Assembly: GCF_964194155.1 (NCBI RefSeq)
Contig: NC_135898.1
Location: 21,018,001-21,082,000 of the forward strand
DNA: 64,000 nt
Origin: Cetorhinus maximus
Lineage: Eukaryota
Direction: 5' to 3'
The notes beneath the pieces were generated by a model. The model saw nothing but the letters and a program-made list of their open reading frames with translations. It searched no databases and was not told the origin of the DNA. A program made the position numbers and the translations under genes. Below, piece by piece: positions 1 to 12,620 of the stretch (position 1 is the first letter of the stretch; each line of letters opens with the position of its first letter).

Positions 1-1700
1 GGGGGCAGCACTGGTACAGGATGCAGAGGGGCAGCAATGGTACAGGATGCACAGGGACAGATTTGGCACCAGATGCAGAGGGGTAGCACAGATACAGGAT
101 GCAGTGGTGCAGCACTGGTAGGGGATGCAGAGTGGCAGCACTGGTAGCAGATCCAGAAGTGCAGCACTGGTAGAGGATGGAGAGGGGCAGCACTGGTAAA
201 GGATGCAGTGGGGTAGCACTGTTAGAGGATGCAGAGGGGCAGCAACAGGACAGGATGCAGTGGGCATCACTGGTACAGGATGCCGAGAGGCAGCACTGGT
301 ACAGGTTGCCGAGGGGCAGCACTGGTACAGGATGCAGAGGGGCAGCACTGGCACAGGATGCAGAGGGGCAGCACTGGCACAGGATGCAGAGGGGTAGCAT
401 AGGTACAGGATGCAGAGGGGCAGCACTGGTAGAGGATGCTTAGTGGCAGCATTGGTACAGGATGCAGAGAGGCAACACTGGCACAGGATGCAGAGGGGTA
501 GCACAGGTACAGGATGGAGAGTGGCAGCACTGGGACAGGATGCAGCGGGGCAGCAATGGGACAAGATGCAGAGGGGCAGCACTGGTACAGGATGCAGAGG
601 GGCAGAAATGGTGCAGGATGCAGAGGGGCAGCACTTGCACAGGATGCAGAGGGATATTACAGGTACAGGATGCAGAGGGGCAGTACTGGTAGAGGATGCA
701 GAGCGGCAGCACTGGTACAGGATGCAGAGAGGCAGCACTGGTACAGGCTGCAGAGGGGCAACACTGATACAGGCTGCAGAGCGGCAGCACTGGTACAGGA
801 TGCAGAGGGGCAGCATCGGGACAGGCTGCAGGGGGCAGCACTGGTACAGGATGCAGAGGGGCAGCAATGGTACAGGATGCACAGGGACAGATTTGGCACC
901 AGATGCAGAGGGGTAGCACAGATACAGGATGCAGTGGTGCAGCACTGGTAGGGGATGCAGAGTGGCAGCACTGGTAGCGGATCCAGAAGTGCAGCACTGG
1001 TAGAGGATGGAGAGGGGCAGCACTGGTAAAGGATGCAGTGGGGTAGCACTGTTAGAGGATGCAGAGGGGCAGCAACAGGACAGGATGCAGTGGGCATCAC
1101 TGGTACAGGATGCAGAGGGGCAGCACTGGCACAGGATGCAGAGGGGTAGCATAGGTACAGGATGCAGAGGGGCAGCACTGGTAGAGGATGCATAGTGGCA
1201 GCATTGGTACAGGATGCAGAGAGGCAACACTGGCACAGGATGCAGAGGGGTAGCACAGGTACAGGATGGAGAGTGGTAGCACCGGTACTGAATGCAGAGG
1301 GGCAGCACTGGTAGAGGATGCAGAACGGCAGCACTGGTAGAAGATGCAGAGGAGCAGCACTGGTAGAGGATGCAGAGAGGCAGCACTGGTAGAGGATGCA
1401 GAGATGCATCACTGGTAGAGGATTCAGAGAGGCAGCACTGGTACATGATGCAGAGGGGCAGCAGTGTTACCGGTTGCTGAGGGACACTAGTACATGATGG
1501 TGAGGGGCACGTACAGGATGCAGAAGGACAGCACTGGTACAGGACCATGAGAGAATGGTACAGGTTGTAGAAGGACATCGCTGGTCAAGAATGGTGAGGT
1601 ACAGTGCTGGCACAGGTTGCTGAGGGTCACTGGTATATGACGATGAGGGACAATGTCACATGATGGTGAGGAACACTGGTGCAGGATGCAAAGAGATAAA
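1..1700. repeat. 26-bp tandem satellite (GCAGCACTGGTACAGGATGCAGAGGG) with an ~830-bp higher-order repeat; degenerates after ~1450
   Basis: The unit is directly visible. The sequence starting at 1 recurs at 831. Overlapping ORFs are repeat artefacts. Confidence 0.95.
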
Positions 1701-2636
1701 TTAGCTAGGTACATAGTGATTTGGAATAAACACTGACTGTGATCACACTGCGACTCCAATCCATGGATCTCTAAACTGAGTGAAATGTGTCAAACTACTA
1801 GGAAAGGAACAAGAAATTGAGGAACAGAATCACTTTGCTTAGTGCTTGGCTAGAACTCCCTCTTGTGCTGTTTTTTTTTACTGTCTTAATTGTGGTACAG
1901 TGTGGGATGCCAACAGGAGAGCATTGGAACAGTTGGGCTGAGATGTTACAAAGGCATGGATGAAGGCTTCGGTTGCGAATTAACTGAGGCAGTGTTGGAT
2001 GTGGGCAATGTTATGGAGTTGGCAAAGCTATGAGCTTGTCACAGGCACTAAAACTATGATGGCTTTGGTTTAATCGGGGACAGTTGTGTCTCCCAACTTC
2101 ACTCCTGAAAGATTTGGTTCCAATTTATAGGCTATGCTCCCTAGTCCTAGACTCCTCAACCAGTTTCCCTCTATCTACCCTATTTGTTGCCCTTTAATAT
2201 ACTCCTCCAACTCCCAGGAAAAATGCGGGCCCTTATAAATCTGTCTCTCTTTCCACAGAGGCTGCCTGACCTTCTGAGTTTTTCCACCATTGTCTCTTTA
2301 CATATCAGTACATAAATATTGCTTTATAGTCAAGGTTTCAGGGGACTGGAGAGTAAATGTTAACTTTGTGAAAAAGACTACCTTCCCCAGACTTTCTGCA
2401 TTAAAAAATTTATGGCAACTAATAACACTGTGTCCTTTGTAATTTGTTCTGTAATACTTGTCCTATTTTGGACTTGACTTGTGAATTCCAGTGAAGACAG
2501 CCTTTTCTCTAGGGCAGAGTTCCAACGTTTTAAATATGATTTTGGTGAGATTAGTGGTTGTGTGTGAATTTACACCAGCTTGATTGTAGAGCCTTGTGAA
2601 ACATTCTTTACTACATTTGGTGGTTTTATATTCTAC

Positions 2637-3620
2637 TGTCATGACTCACTGGGGATAGTGCGCCGCAATATCAAGCCCCACTGCTCCCTGAGCCATGACA
2701 AATGTGAAATGTTTGATCAAATCACCTAATTGTTTAATTTAGGTTATCAGAATACGAACACCAGGTTTGTAAACTTAATAAGTAAATAACTGTTCACTGA
2801 ACAAATTGTCTTTAACCATTGGCAAAAGAAAGAAATATGAACTGCTAATTTCTAAGTTTGTTACCTAAACTCTACTCCTTCTTATATCCTTATGCACATG
2901 CATACAAGACACATAAGACACACAAAAACATGGATTTTAAGGGTGGGATAAAACAGTTCAATAGCATCATTTCCAGATTACAGGACTCTGTGGGTTGATT
3001 TTGATCGATGTCTTCCAAATTTCTTTCAATTCTTTGTTGATGATACGAGGTGGTCTTCCCAGCACTTTCAGTCTTAAGTTTACTGGTTGAGCACTTGCCT
3101 TTCAATGTCTCTAATTGTGATTTTCCCACTTTCCTCTTGACAGGGGCTTTTCAGAGAGAGCGGGTTATGGAGATATGAGAGAAAAACAGCTAGCTATTAT
3201 TGTAAAATTGTTGGAAACTTACACACACAAGAGAAAGCGGTTTTAGGCCTTTGCTCTTTTCACACTAGGAGCTTTTTTTCTGCACTGCTCTCACACAAAA
3301 CCCTGGTTACCTGGTCAGGAACTAATTAAAAATGTTGTTGCCAGGAAGTTCCCCATTAGACCGGACTCCTCCTCAGCACCATCCTGTCTTTCATGGCACA
3401 TTCTGTTCCAGGACAGAACATTGCATATATTCCTTACACTTTTCCAGTAGACATGTCTTTCAAACTGCAGCCATTGTAATTTTAATCCATAGTCCAACAG
3501 AAATAAATAGATATGTTCTTTACACGTTGTAGCGATTACCAGCCATAGAGTTGCTGGTTACACCTTTCTTATTTGCTTATATAAGAATCTAATATGTTTA
3601 GAGTAATGAAAAATAGTTTG
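2637..3620 (-). mobile_element. LTR-like element related to 55951-56691; right boundary approximate
   Basis: The reverse complement of 2637-2730 matches the 3' end of the LTR at 56600-56691 (CATTTGTCA..GCTCAGGGAGCAGTGGGGCTTGATA...TGACA). Confidence 0.5.
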
Positions 3621-4354
3621 TGTATTTAAAAACACTCTGTTTTTACTTTAATAGCATCTCAGCTCTTTTTGAAAAACCCAATCTCGCACTGCTGGGAAGG
3701 TCAGCATTTATTGCCCATCCCTAATTGCCCTTGAGAAGGTGGCGATGAGCCACCTTAGAGCCATTATGACACAGAAGGAGGACATTTGGCCCATCGAGTT
3801 GATGCTGGCTCTCTAGAGTAATCTAGTCAGCCTTGTTCCCCTGCTGTATCCCTGTAGCCCCATCAAATTTATTTCCCTTATGTTTTTGAAATCATTCTGT
3901 CTCTGCTTCCTCATAGGCAGCAAATTCTAGCAAATTATTTCCACCCACTGTATAAAAACAGTTCTTCCTCACATCCCTCCCTTCATCTCTTGCCTAAAAC
4001 CTTAAATCTGTTTCCTTGTTTTTGTACCATCAGCTAAAACGAAAATCTTTTCTTTATTTACCTTCTTGAATCACTGCTGTTCGTGTAATAGGCACACCCA
4101 CAGTGCTCTTAGGTAGGGAGTTCCAAGATTTTGATCCCATGACAGTGAAGGAACAACGATGTACAGCAGGGGTGTGGGTTGTTACTTGCTCAGATGGTGT
4201 GGCGAAGTGGGGTTCTGGGATGGGCTGGAAGGTCAGAAGCAGTTGCATCAGGACAACAAGGATGGATGGAGTGTGAGTCACTGGAGTTGATGGAGCCAGT
4301 GGCGTGTGTCCTGGATAAAGTGGCCAGAGGGGGCAATGTAGTTGGAGGTTAGGC

Positions 4355-4475
4355 TACAACGCATGCGCAGTGCCGGCGGAGGCGGAGTGCGCATTTCTGC
4401 GTCCAGGCCTGCGCAGGAACTGTGTCGCTCCCTGCCGTCTGGCGCAGGCGCAGTGCTGCTGGCTCTCTCCTTCAC
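4355..4475 (+). promoter_or_regulatory. VDAC3 CpG-rich promoter with three NRF1-like sites and a pyrimidine-rich initiator
   Basis: CGCATGCGCA 4360-4369, GCCTGCGCA 4407-4415, GCGCAGGCGCA 4442-4452; CTCTCTCCTTC near 4463. Confidence 0.7.
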
Positions 4476-4536
4476 GTTGCCCTTTGAGAGCGGCGGCCTC
4501 GCTCGGATCCGATCGGCAGAGGCATCCAGGCTGCAG
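4460..4536 (+). other. VDAC3: VDAC3 non-coding exon 1 (start approximate)
   Basis: Strong donor CAG|GTAAGA at 4536/4537 in a CpG island upstream of the first coding exon. Confidence 0.7.
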
Positions 4537-4710
4537 GTAAGAGGCATACCCGGGCCCCGGAGGAGGGAGCGAAGGAGCATAGCCTAACCCCGGCCCAGAC
4601 CGCAGGAGTTCGCTAAAGGCGTCGCCCAGGATGGCTCCGGCCTAAAGTCCCGCATCAATTCGGGGCGGAGGTTGTGGGGGGTGAGAAACACCCATTCGTT
4701 ATGTCCGGAC

Positions 4711-5850
4711 TCCCCCCCCTCCCCCCCTCCCCGTCCGCACCCCTCCCCCCCTCCCCGTCCGCACCCCTCCCCCCCTCCCCGTCCGCACCCCTCCCCCCCT
4801 CCCCGTCCGCACCCCTCCCCCCCTCCCCGTCCGCACCCCTCCCCCCCTCCCCGTCCGCACCCCTCCCCCCCTCCCCGTCCGCACCCCTCCCCGTCCGCAC
4901 CCCTCCCCCCCTCCCCGTCCGCACCCCTCCCCCCCTCCCCGTCCGCACCCCTCCCCCCCTCCCCGTCCGCACCCCTCCCCCCCTCCCCGTCCGCACCCCT
5001 CCCCGTCCGCACCCCTCCCCCCCTCCCCGTCCGCACCCCTCCCCCCCTCCCCGTCCGCACCCCTCCCCCCCTCCCCGTCCGCACCCCTCCCTCCCTCCCC
5101 GTCCGCACCCCTCCCCCCCTCCCCGTCCGCACCCCTCCCTCCCCGTCCGCACCCCTCCACCCCCACTCCCCCCCTCCCCGTCCGCACCCCTCCCCCCCCT
5201 CCCCGTCCGCACCCCTCCCCCCTCCCCGTCCGCACCCCTCCCCCCACTCCCCCCCTCCCTGTCCGCACCCCTCCCCCCCTCCCCGTCCGCACCCCTCCCC
5301 CCACTCCCCCCTCCCCGTCCGCACCCCTCCACCCCCTTCCCGTCCGCCCCACTCCCCCCCCTTCCCGTCCGCCCCACTCCCCCCCTTCCCGTCCGCCCCA
5401 CTCCCCCCCTCCCCGTCCGCCCCACTCCCCCCCTCCCCGTCCGCCCCACTCCCCCCCTCCCCGTCCGCACCCCTCCCCCCCTCCCCGTCCGCACCCCTCC
5501 CCCCCCTCCCCCCTCCCCGTCCGCACCCCTCCCCCCACTCCCCCCCTCCGCGTCCGCACCCCTCCCCCCACTCCCCCCCTCCCCGTCCGCACCCCTCCCC
5601 CCACTCCCCGTCCGCACCCCTCCCCCCACTCCCCGTCCGCACCCCTCCCCCCACTCCCCGTCCGCACCCCTCCCCCCACTCCCCGTCCGCACCCCTCCCC
5701 CCACTCCCCGTCCGCACCCCTCCCCCCACTCCCCGTCCGCACCCCTCCCCCCACTCTCCCCCTCCGCACCCCTCCCCCCACTCCCCCCCCACCCCCCTCC
5801 CCGTCCGCACCCCTCCCCGTCCGCACCCCTCCCACACCCCTCCCCCCCTC
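4711..5850. repeat. C-rich ~24-bp minisatellite (CCCCGTCCGCACCCCTCCCCCCCT) in VDAC3 intron 1
   Basis: Tandem array directly visible; the G-rich strand is the minus strand. Confidence 0.95.
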
Positions 5851-7300
5851 CCAACCTCTCTGTTCAGGCCTCCCGCTGCCCATACCCCCCCCCCCTCCTC
5901 TCTCTGTCCGGGCCCCCCGCTGCCATACCCCCCCTCTTCTCTCCAGACCCCTCTTCACACCACTATCCGGAGGCACCCCCACCTCTATCCGGACTCCCCC
6001 ACCTCTCCCCTGACTCCCCCACCTCTCCCCTATCCGCCTGGACCCACTCCCCTTTCACCCCTCCGTCCGGACCCCCCACCTTGCGGGCAGTCAACGCTGG
6101 ATTTGAACTGGGGGTAGCAGACTGGTGTCTACCGCAATCTGCCATACACTCCTCTGCAGTTATTCTTTAATCTGTTGTCACTGCCTGAAACACTACTATA
6201 ATTTGTTCACTAGACCTGGATGCATGAGATGCATCACAGCCTCTGCCTGTTTCAGGATGTTTCTCTGCGGTTTGCCAGTGTGTTTTACTTAGACTTTGCT
6301 CCCACTGCTGGAATACCAGACCAAGAGCACGCCTGAGCAAAGAGACTTTTTACACTTACAGAAGTCCGAGCGAAAGCACTGACAGCACTGTGTGTTGTTT
6401 CCAACCTAGTTTCGACTTAATTTAACATAGCCCTCGAAAAGTGTAATCATCACTTGCTAGTTGGTTAGAATATTCTGGTGAGATTTGGTGAGGAAAGCCA
6501 TGGCCGCAAGTTCATCCACTTTGAGATGACAGAGAGCTAAATTGTCTGAATCCTTGGGGGTTGAGTTGCTGGGGTTTGACGTGCTGAGTGAGGCCCCGTG
6601 AGAAAACTGAACATTTCTCTGTTGGTGGGTATGGGCCTTGCTCAAGTTGGTCTCCCTTTGAAGCCAGGAGGTGACGGCATTGATAGTTTGGGTTCCGTTT
6701 GCTGAGCAGTGAGAGGTGCTGAAAGATTTAATCAGATCTTTCGGCTTTAGGCCCATTGCTTTAATATTAGTCCAGCACTGCGCTGTAGGTGTCAAGTTGC
6801 CCTACTACAAAATGGCAACTCGTAAACGATAGCTTCAAGGGTAAAATTGTCCTGGTACTGTGTAATGCTAGTACACATCAGTGACTGGTGTTGTATTGCG
6901 AGAGGCAACTTAATCAAGAGGTGTATTACAGAGCATTATTCTACATGGGTCAATGTCTGTTACTGCTGCATGTGAAGGAATCTCAGCATTTTTTTTTTAC
7001 TAATACCGTTTGTTTACAATTCGACAGTGCGTAGATTTTTAAAAGGCTCATTGGTACCAATGCAAGTCTGTTCATAATATGGAGAAAGATGTGTGATATG
7101 TGCCACTCGAGGCATTCAGATTTGTAGGTCACTTGGTAGCTGTCTGTTGATCTTGAATTCTGGAGCCTTACCGTGACAAACGGTAAAATCACGAATCACA
7201 GAGCTGTGTTGTGGTGACTGCAGGAAGAATTGGGACTCTGTTGAGCTGTCGAAAGTTCTGTGTTTGCAACCTAATGATTTGTCTCCTTTTCAGAGGCAGA

Positions 7301-7367
7301 ATGTCTGTGCCACCGTCATATGCAGACTTGGGGAAATCTAGCAGGGACCTCTTCAACAAAGGATATG
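7301..7367 (+). CDS. VDAC3: VDAC3 coding exon 1 (MSVPPSYADLGKSSRDLFNKGY)
   Basis: VDAC N-terminal helix; acceptor TTTTCAG ends at 7293; donor GTGAGC; 67 coding nt. Confidence 0.95.
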
Positions 7368-7682
7368 GTGAGCAACCTTTTTTGCCCCTGAATTCTTTAG
7401 AAACTCATCAAAGGTCATGCGTGAGTTGGGTATGTCATAATTTTGGTTTTGTTACATGATGGATATAGTTGTGAGAATGAGAATGGCATTAGAATCTGGC
7501 AGCTCGTTTCATCTGAAAAAGAAATATAATTTACATTCTTGCAACACTTTAACATGTCTCTCAAATCCTATATAATAAAGGACAGTGAGTACTATAACTT
7601 AGGAAAACCTTGTCAATGAATGAAGAGTGGGTTAAATTCCCTACTGTTCCCCACGAAACATTTTAGTTATGCTCCAAATAAA

Positions 7683-7966
7683 CACTCACTTCACCGCTTT
7701 AACCAATTCAGGGTCACAGGGAGTCGGAGCCTATCCCAACAGGCAATGGGTGCTAGGTGCTAGACTGACACTAAGGGGCAGTTTAACCATAGCCAATTCA
7801 CCAGCACGTCTTTGGACAGTGGTGGGGAAACCGGAGCACCCGGTGTAAACCCACGCAATCACGGGGAGAACATGCAAACTCCACACAGACACCCGAGGTC
7901 AGAATTGAACCCGGGTCCCTGGAACTGAGAGGCAGTGGCGCTAACCACTGCGCCACCGTACCACCC
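7683..7966 (-). mobile_element. tRNA-derived V-SINE (HE1-like)
   Basis: Pol III A box TGGCGCAGTGG, B box GGTTCAATTC, and V-domain GTGTGGAGTTTGCATGTTCTCCCCGTG on the minus strand. Confidence 0.85.
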
Positions 7967-8589
7967 AAGTAATCACCGAAGGAGATAAAATGGTGCATTT
8001 GTTGCATGGAAACTTCTGTACCTGGGCACACTGGTGACAATGACACACCCAGTAGTGGAACTGGGAGAGCAATTGGAATCTGATATGTCCTGGAAATGAT
8101 AGCAGAGGGAAAATCACTTGACTTCTAGTGACTCCCCAAGCTGGCATGGTATGTGTTCAGAGGTTTTCATCACTTGTGCTTCTTGGATTTCAGTTTATTG
8201 TTGATGCTTGGAATCCTGAATTTACTAATCAGCTGTTCATGTTCCTCGCTTTCTGTGGCAGTGACTCTTCATACCTGCTTCAGAAGACCACATAGGGTAA
8301 TTTGTCCCTTTGCCAAACTTTCACTATCCAAGAAAGGCTCTCATGGCACATGAACTGCAGCCAGATTCATTTTGAAACCTGCTTCATGTTCGAGGAACTG
8401 GAGTTGGTCATTGACCTCATCGAGCTTGCTCCACCGCTTCATTGGAAACGGCATCTCGATCAGTTCCCTGTCCTTTCTCCATACTTGCTAATGCTTTTGC
8501 TTCCTACATCATTGCCGATCTCCCTTTGAGATGACTCAGTTGACTTTGCGTCTGTGACAGCGTGTGGAGAACATAGTCCTGGACTCACT

Positions 8590-9520
8590 CTCAAGCAGCT
8601 TAAATCAAAAGCGGAGATTTTACCCTGTTCTCTGGATTCACCTTTGAGAGGATAGAATTGCATCACCTCTCTCCTTCCCATTCCTATCATTATGTTAATT
8701 ATCTCGATCAGAGCATCCGTTAGCTTTCTGTGGGTAAATAGAATCCAATTTTAACCCATGATAGCCCCTTGCCACAGGTACACTGGTGATTCATTTGCTG
8801 ACTTTCTGCAAGGCCAGTGTAATCTAATGAGGAGTGCCAATATGGACCATAATATCATAAATGTGGTCTAAACAGTGCACAGGAGTAATCTGACCTTGAT
8901 GAAGCTCCGCAATCATTCACTGGTTGATCTCTCTTGCACACCTTCAATAACTGGTATATGAGGATTCATCGATCATAGATCCCTTTGTTCATCTATCGCC
9001 CTGCCCCCCCAACACTTGTATTTGGATTATTCTCCCATTTGATATTCCTGTACATTAAGTGTACAATCTGGCTTTAAACTGCTTTGGCCATCTCTTCACC
9101 CACTTATTCATCTGTCCATTTGTAGTCTTCTGCGCTCATCATAATCCACTGCGTGTGAGTAAGTGAAAAAGCCAGGAGCCTGGACCAATCTTTGGGGAAC
9201 ACCACTTGCTAGAACTTCTTAATTCTGTTTTTTGCATCCTACACCCGCTCCCCCAGTCTATTTCTTATTCAAACCATTATGTGCCTCAATTTTAGCTAGC
9301 ATTGTATTGTTGAGACCTTAATCAAATGACATTCATTGATCCTCCTCCTTCACCAGCTCAGTCATTCAGCCCAGGCATTGCTTTTGTAAAGCCATGCTGA
9401 CTTTCCCTAATCAGCTTAAACCTTTCTAAGTGATTGCTCACTAACTAAGTCCCTGACTCTGGCAGTTTCCCTGCGATTGACACGGCACTCAGTGGCCTCT
9501 AATTGCTCGTATTTTTTCTA
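8590..9520 (-). mobile_element. Degraded CR1-type LINE fragment
   Basis: Decayed CR1 ORF2-like segments (e.g. reverse complement of GCCATGCTGACTTTCCCTAATCAGC). Confidence 0.5.
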
Positions 9521-9565
9521 ATTACAGTTTACAATGCAGTCATGATCCCGCCCAATCTTGGAAAT

Positions 9566-9780
9566 AACAATAAAAACAGGAAATAATGGAAAACTCAGGT
9601 CTGGCAGCACCCCTGGAGAGAGGAACAGAGCTAGCATTTCGAGTCCGTATGACTTCAGAGTGTACAGACTCGAGTGGTAACTGTGTTTTTCTCTCTCCAC
9701 AGAAGCTGCCAGACCTGCTGAGCTTTTCAGCATTTTCTGTTTTTATTCAAGATTTCCAGCATCTGCAATATTTTGCTTTT
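9566..9780. mobile_element. Penelope pLTR-derived hairpin insertion
   Basis: Inverted arms CAGGTCTGGCAGC / GCTGCCAGACCTG; 11-bp TSD ATCTTGGAAAT (9555-9565, 9781-9791). Confidence 0.8.
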
Positions 9781-11107
9781 ATCTTGGAAATGGCAAATTG
9801 TTCTGTTACGTTTTGGAAATTGTGAAGATTTATTCACAGTCACAGAGGGAAGAATGGACAGAAATGTTAAACGCCTAATGATGTCCAGGGTTTCAGGTAC
9901 CTTAAATCGGGAAGACAAAGCTTTATGCAGTTTTGAGATGATAGTTATGATCTTTGGACAGTATTTTCTTTTTCCAACTACTCAGCATTCGTGAAAGGTA
10001 TTATTTTAAAAAAAATCATTCCATTTCGTTTCACAAATGGCGCTTTTACTTTTACATACTTTTCCTGCCTGCCCCCTTTTGCTCCAGTAATGCCAACCAG
10101 GAGCTGTTTTTGGTCTGGAACCACTGAGTCTGTTTTATTGGATTGGCCCAGAAGGCAATCGATAGTTCTCAGTCCCTGGGAAAAAGCATCAATATCATTG
10201 CCCTTTATATGAACTCCCTAACTGGCAGGCTCAGTTACTTCCTGTCAGCTAGTCTTTGCAATGCACCCTTCCTCAGAGTGTGAGCAGAGAGACCAACCTC
10301 CCGCTTCCCTTCCCTCTTTTTTTAAAAAAAAGTCCTACTGGGTAATGAAGCAACTCAATGTCCCTCCAGACTTTTGGAGGCAGCTAGATAGTGACTGTCT
10401 CTGTGTGGTTTGTCCTCCTGATTTGTGATATTTGGCCTGAATGTTGACATTGAGAAGAGGAAAGAGGATTAATTTGGACAGAATACTGAACCTGATTGAT
10501 AATAGCAAGAGGGGTCGATGAGTGCTTTATGCTTAGTTAAGACCACGTGAGCCAGTTTTGGACTCAGGGATTCCTGTACGCCGGTGGCAATAGTGCTGAT
10601 GTAATCATTCCTGATATAGTAACAGTAATCTATCTTGAAAAGAGATCCCCAAGAGTGACGCTTGGCTTTCCAGTCATTCCTAGTGACTGTACAAGCCACT
10701 CATACAAGGAGTTCTATCATTACTGGTCTTGCTCTACCCTTGGAATGTTCGAGACTGCTATGGACTTAGAATTGAGAGGAACCCAGTAGGTGCTTTTGGC
10801 TAGAATTGATCGTGAGCAGAACCTAGCTGGCGCAGAAAATCCTGGCTTGGGAGCCAGGCTATCTACAGAGTCCTGTGGTATTTGCAGTATACACTGTGTA
10901 TTTTTGTTGCTGGGATTTAAGTCAGGTGTATAATACTGTTCATTTGAACTGCGAAAATTGCCCACAGGACTATTCTTGGTTGAGTGCGGAGAGAGCACAT
11001 CAAGCTCGGCAAAACTGCGTTAAGTACTGATGGGACAGGGCTGTCACTGGAGGTGGGAGCAGGTTGAGAGGATGAATTAAGAGCATCAGAACAGGATGAG
11101 AGTTAGA

Positions 11108-11318
11108 AAAGCAGAAAACGCTGGAAAAATTCAGCAGGTCTGACAGCATCTGTGGAGAGAAAAACAGAGTTGATGAGCTCTGAAGAAGGGTCATACATAC
11201 TCGTAACACCAACTCTGTTTTTCTCTCCACAGATGCTGTCAGACCTGCTGAGTTTTTCCAGCATTTTCTGTTTTTCTTTCAGATTTCCAGCATCCGCAGT
11301 ATTTTGCTTTTATCTTAA
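11108..11318. mobile_element. Penelope pLTR-derived hairpin with degenerate hammerhead motif
   Basis: Long inverted arms; CTGAAGA at 11180-11186; 13-bp TSD GATGAGAGTTAGA (11095-11107, 11319-11331). Confidence 0.85.
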
Positions 11319-11671
11319 GATGAGAGTTAGACCTTATTCATTGTATTGGGTTAAGTGATAACTTTGACTATAACATATTGGCACAAACAGTTTCAATCCC
11401 CCCCAGATTCAACTCTTCCCCATATTCACTATGGACCCCCTCCAATTGGTGACCAATCCCTCAGCTGCCTGGGTTGATAAAGGATTGATTTTATATTTCA
11501 AGCATCATTGGACTTTATTTCCACTCAGGAAAATGTGAGGTTGAGAGGTTTTTTTTCCTGGAGTTCTGTTGTGTGTTTCCAAGTTTTGCGGAACTCTCTC
11601 TAGTGTCTTGTTTGAGATGTAGTGTCCTCTGTGCTGACTTGCCCTAACGTGCTTTTGTTCTCGTTCATTAG

Positions 11672-11721
11672 GGTTTGGTTTGGTGAAGCTGGAACTCAAG
11701 ACCAAATCATCGAGTGGAGTG
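11672..11721 (+). CDS. VDAC3: VDAC3 coding exon 2 (GFGLVKLELKTKSSSGV)
   Basis: 50 nt, AG/GTAAGT boundaries, VDAC homology. Confidence 0.95.
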
Positions 11722-12031
11722 GTAAGTGTTATAGTTACAGGACAGCAGATGGGGGGACCAAGTTTGTTTGAGGTATTGACAGCAATAAAACCCACATGAG
11801 TGGAGAGGACAGCAATGTTTTAATCAGAGCGAGAAACAACATGAAAAGGTGCAATAAAGAGCACACAACGTGTTGATCGTAGACAAGCTAATAGCTATAT
11901 GTTTCATCTACAGAGAAGGCTTCTCCGCATGCTGGTAGAGCTGCTCTAGATCATAATTTCACATGTCTCTGATGACCAGAGAACAGTATTGAGAAAAAGA
12001 CCTGGGTGGGTGGCGAGGTGGGATGCTAAGA

Positions 12032-12620
12032 TCATAAGAAATAGGAGCAGGAGTAGGCCATTTGGCCCACCAAGCCTGCTCCGCCATTCAGTAAGATCAT
12101 GGCTGGTCTGATTGGGGCCTTAACTGCCACTTTTTTTACCTGCCCCGCATAACCCTTGTCAATCTCTAACTCAATCTTGAATATATTCAGTGACCCAGCC
12201 TCCACTGCTCTCTGTGGAAGAGAATTACAAAGACTAATGACCCTCTGAGAGAAAGAATTCCTACTCATCTTTTTAAATGGGAGACTCCTTACTTTGAAAC
12301 TATGTCCTCTAGTTCTAGACTATTCCATGAGAGGAAACACCCTCTCAGCATTTACCCTGTCAAACCCCCCTCAGAATATTATACTTTCTCATTCTTCTAA
12401 ACCCAAATGGGTATAGGTCTAGCCTGCTCAACCTTTCCTCAAGGTAACCGCTTCATTCCAGGAATCAGCCAAGTGAAATTTCTCTGAACTGCCTCCAATG
12501 CAAGTATATCTTTCCTTAAGTAAGGAGACCAAAACTGTACGCAGTACTCCAGATGCCATGTACAGCTGTAGCAAGACACATCCCCCTTGCGATAAAGGCC
12601 AGCATTCCATTTACCTTGCT
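12032..12620 (-). mobile_element. CR1 LINE 3' fragment
   Basis: FSQRVISLCNSLPQRAVEAGSLNIFK motif and CR1-type 3' tail. Confidence 0.85.

Noticed and set aside
177-1412. Multiple overlapping ORFs up to 251 aa
   Set aside because: They are translations of the 26-bp satellite.
4584-6170. 400-500 aa Pro-rich and Gly-rich ORFs in five frames
   Set aside because: They come from a stop-free C-rich minisatellite inside VDAC3 intron 1.
7900-7966. tRNA-like A and B boxes
   Set aside because: This is the head of a V-SINE, not a complete tRNA cloverleaf.
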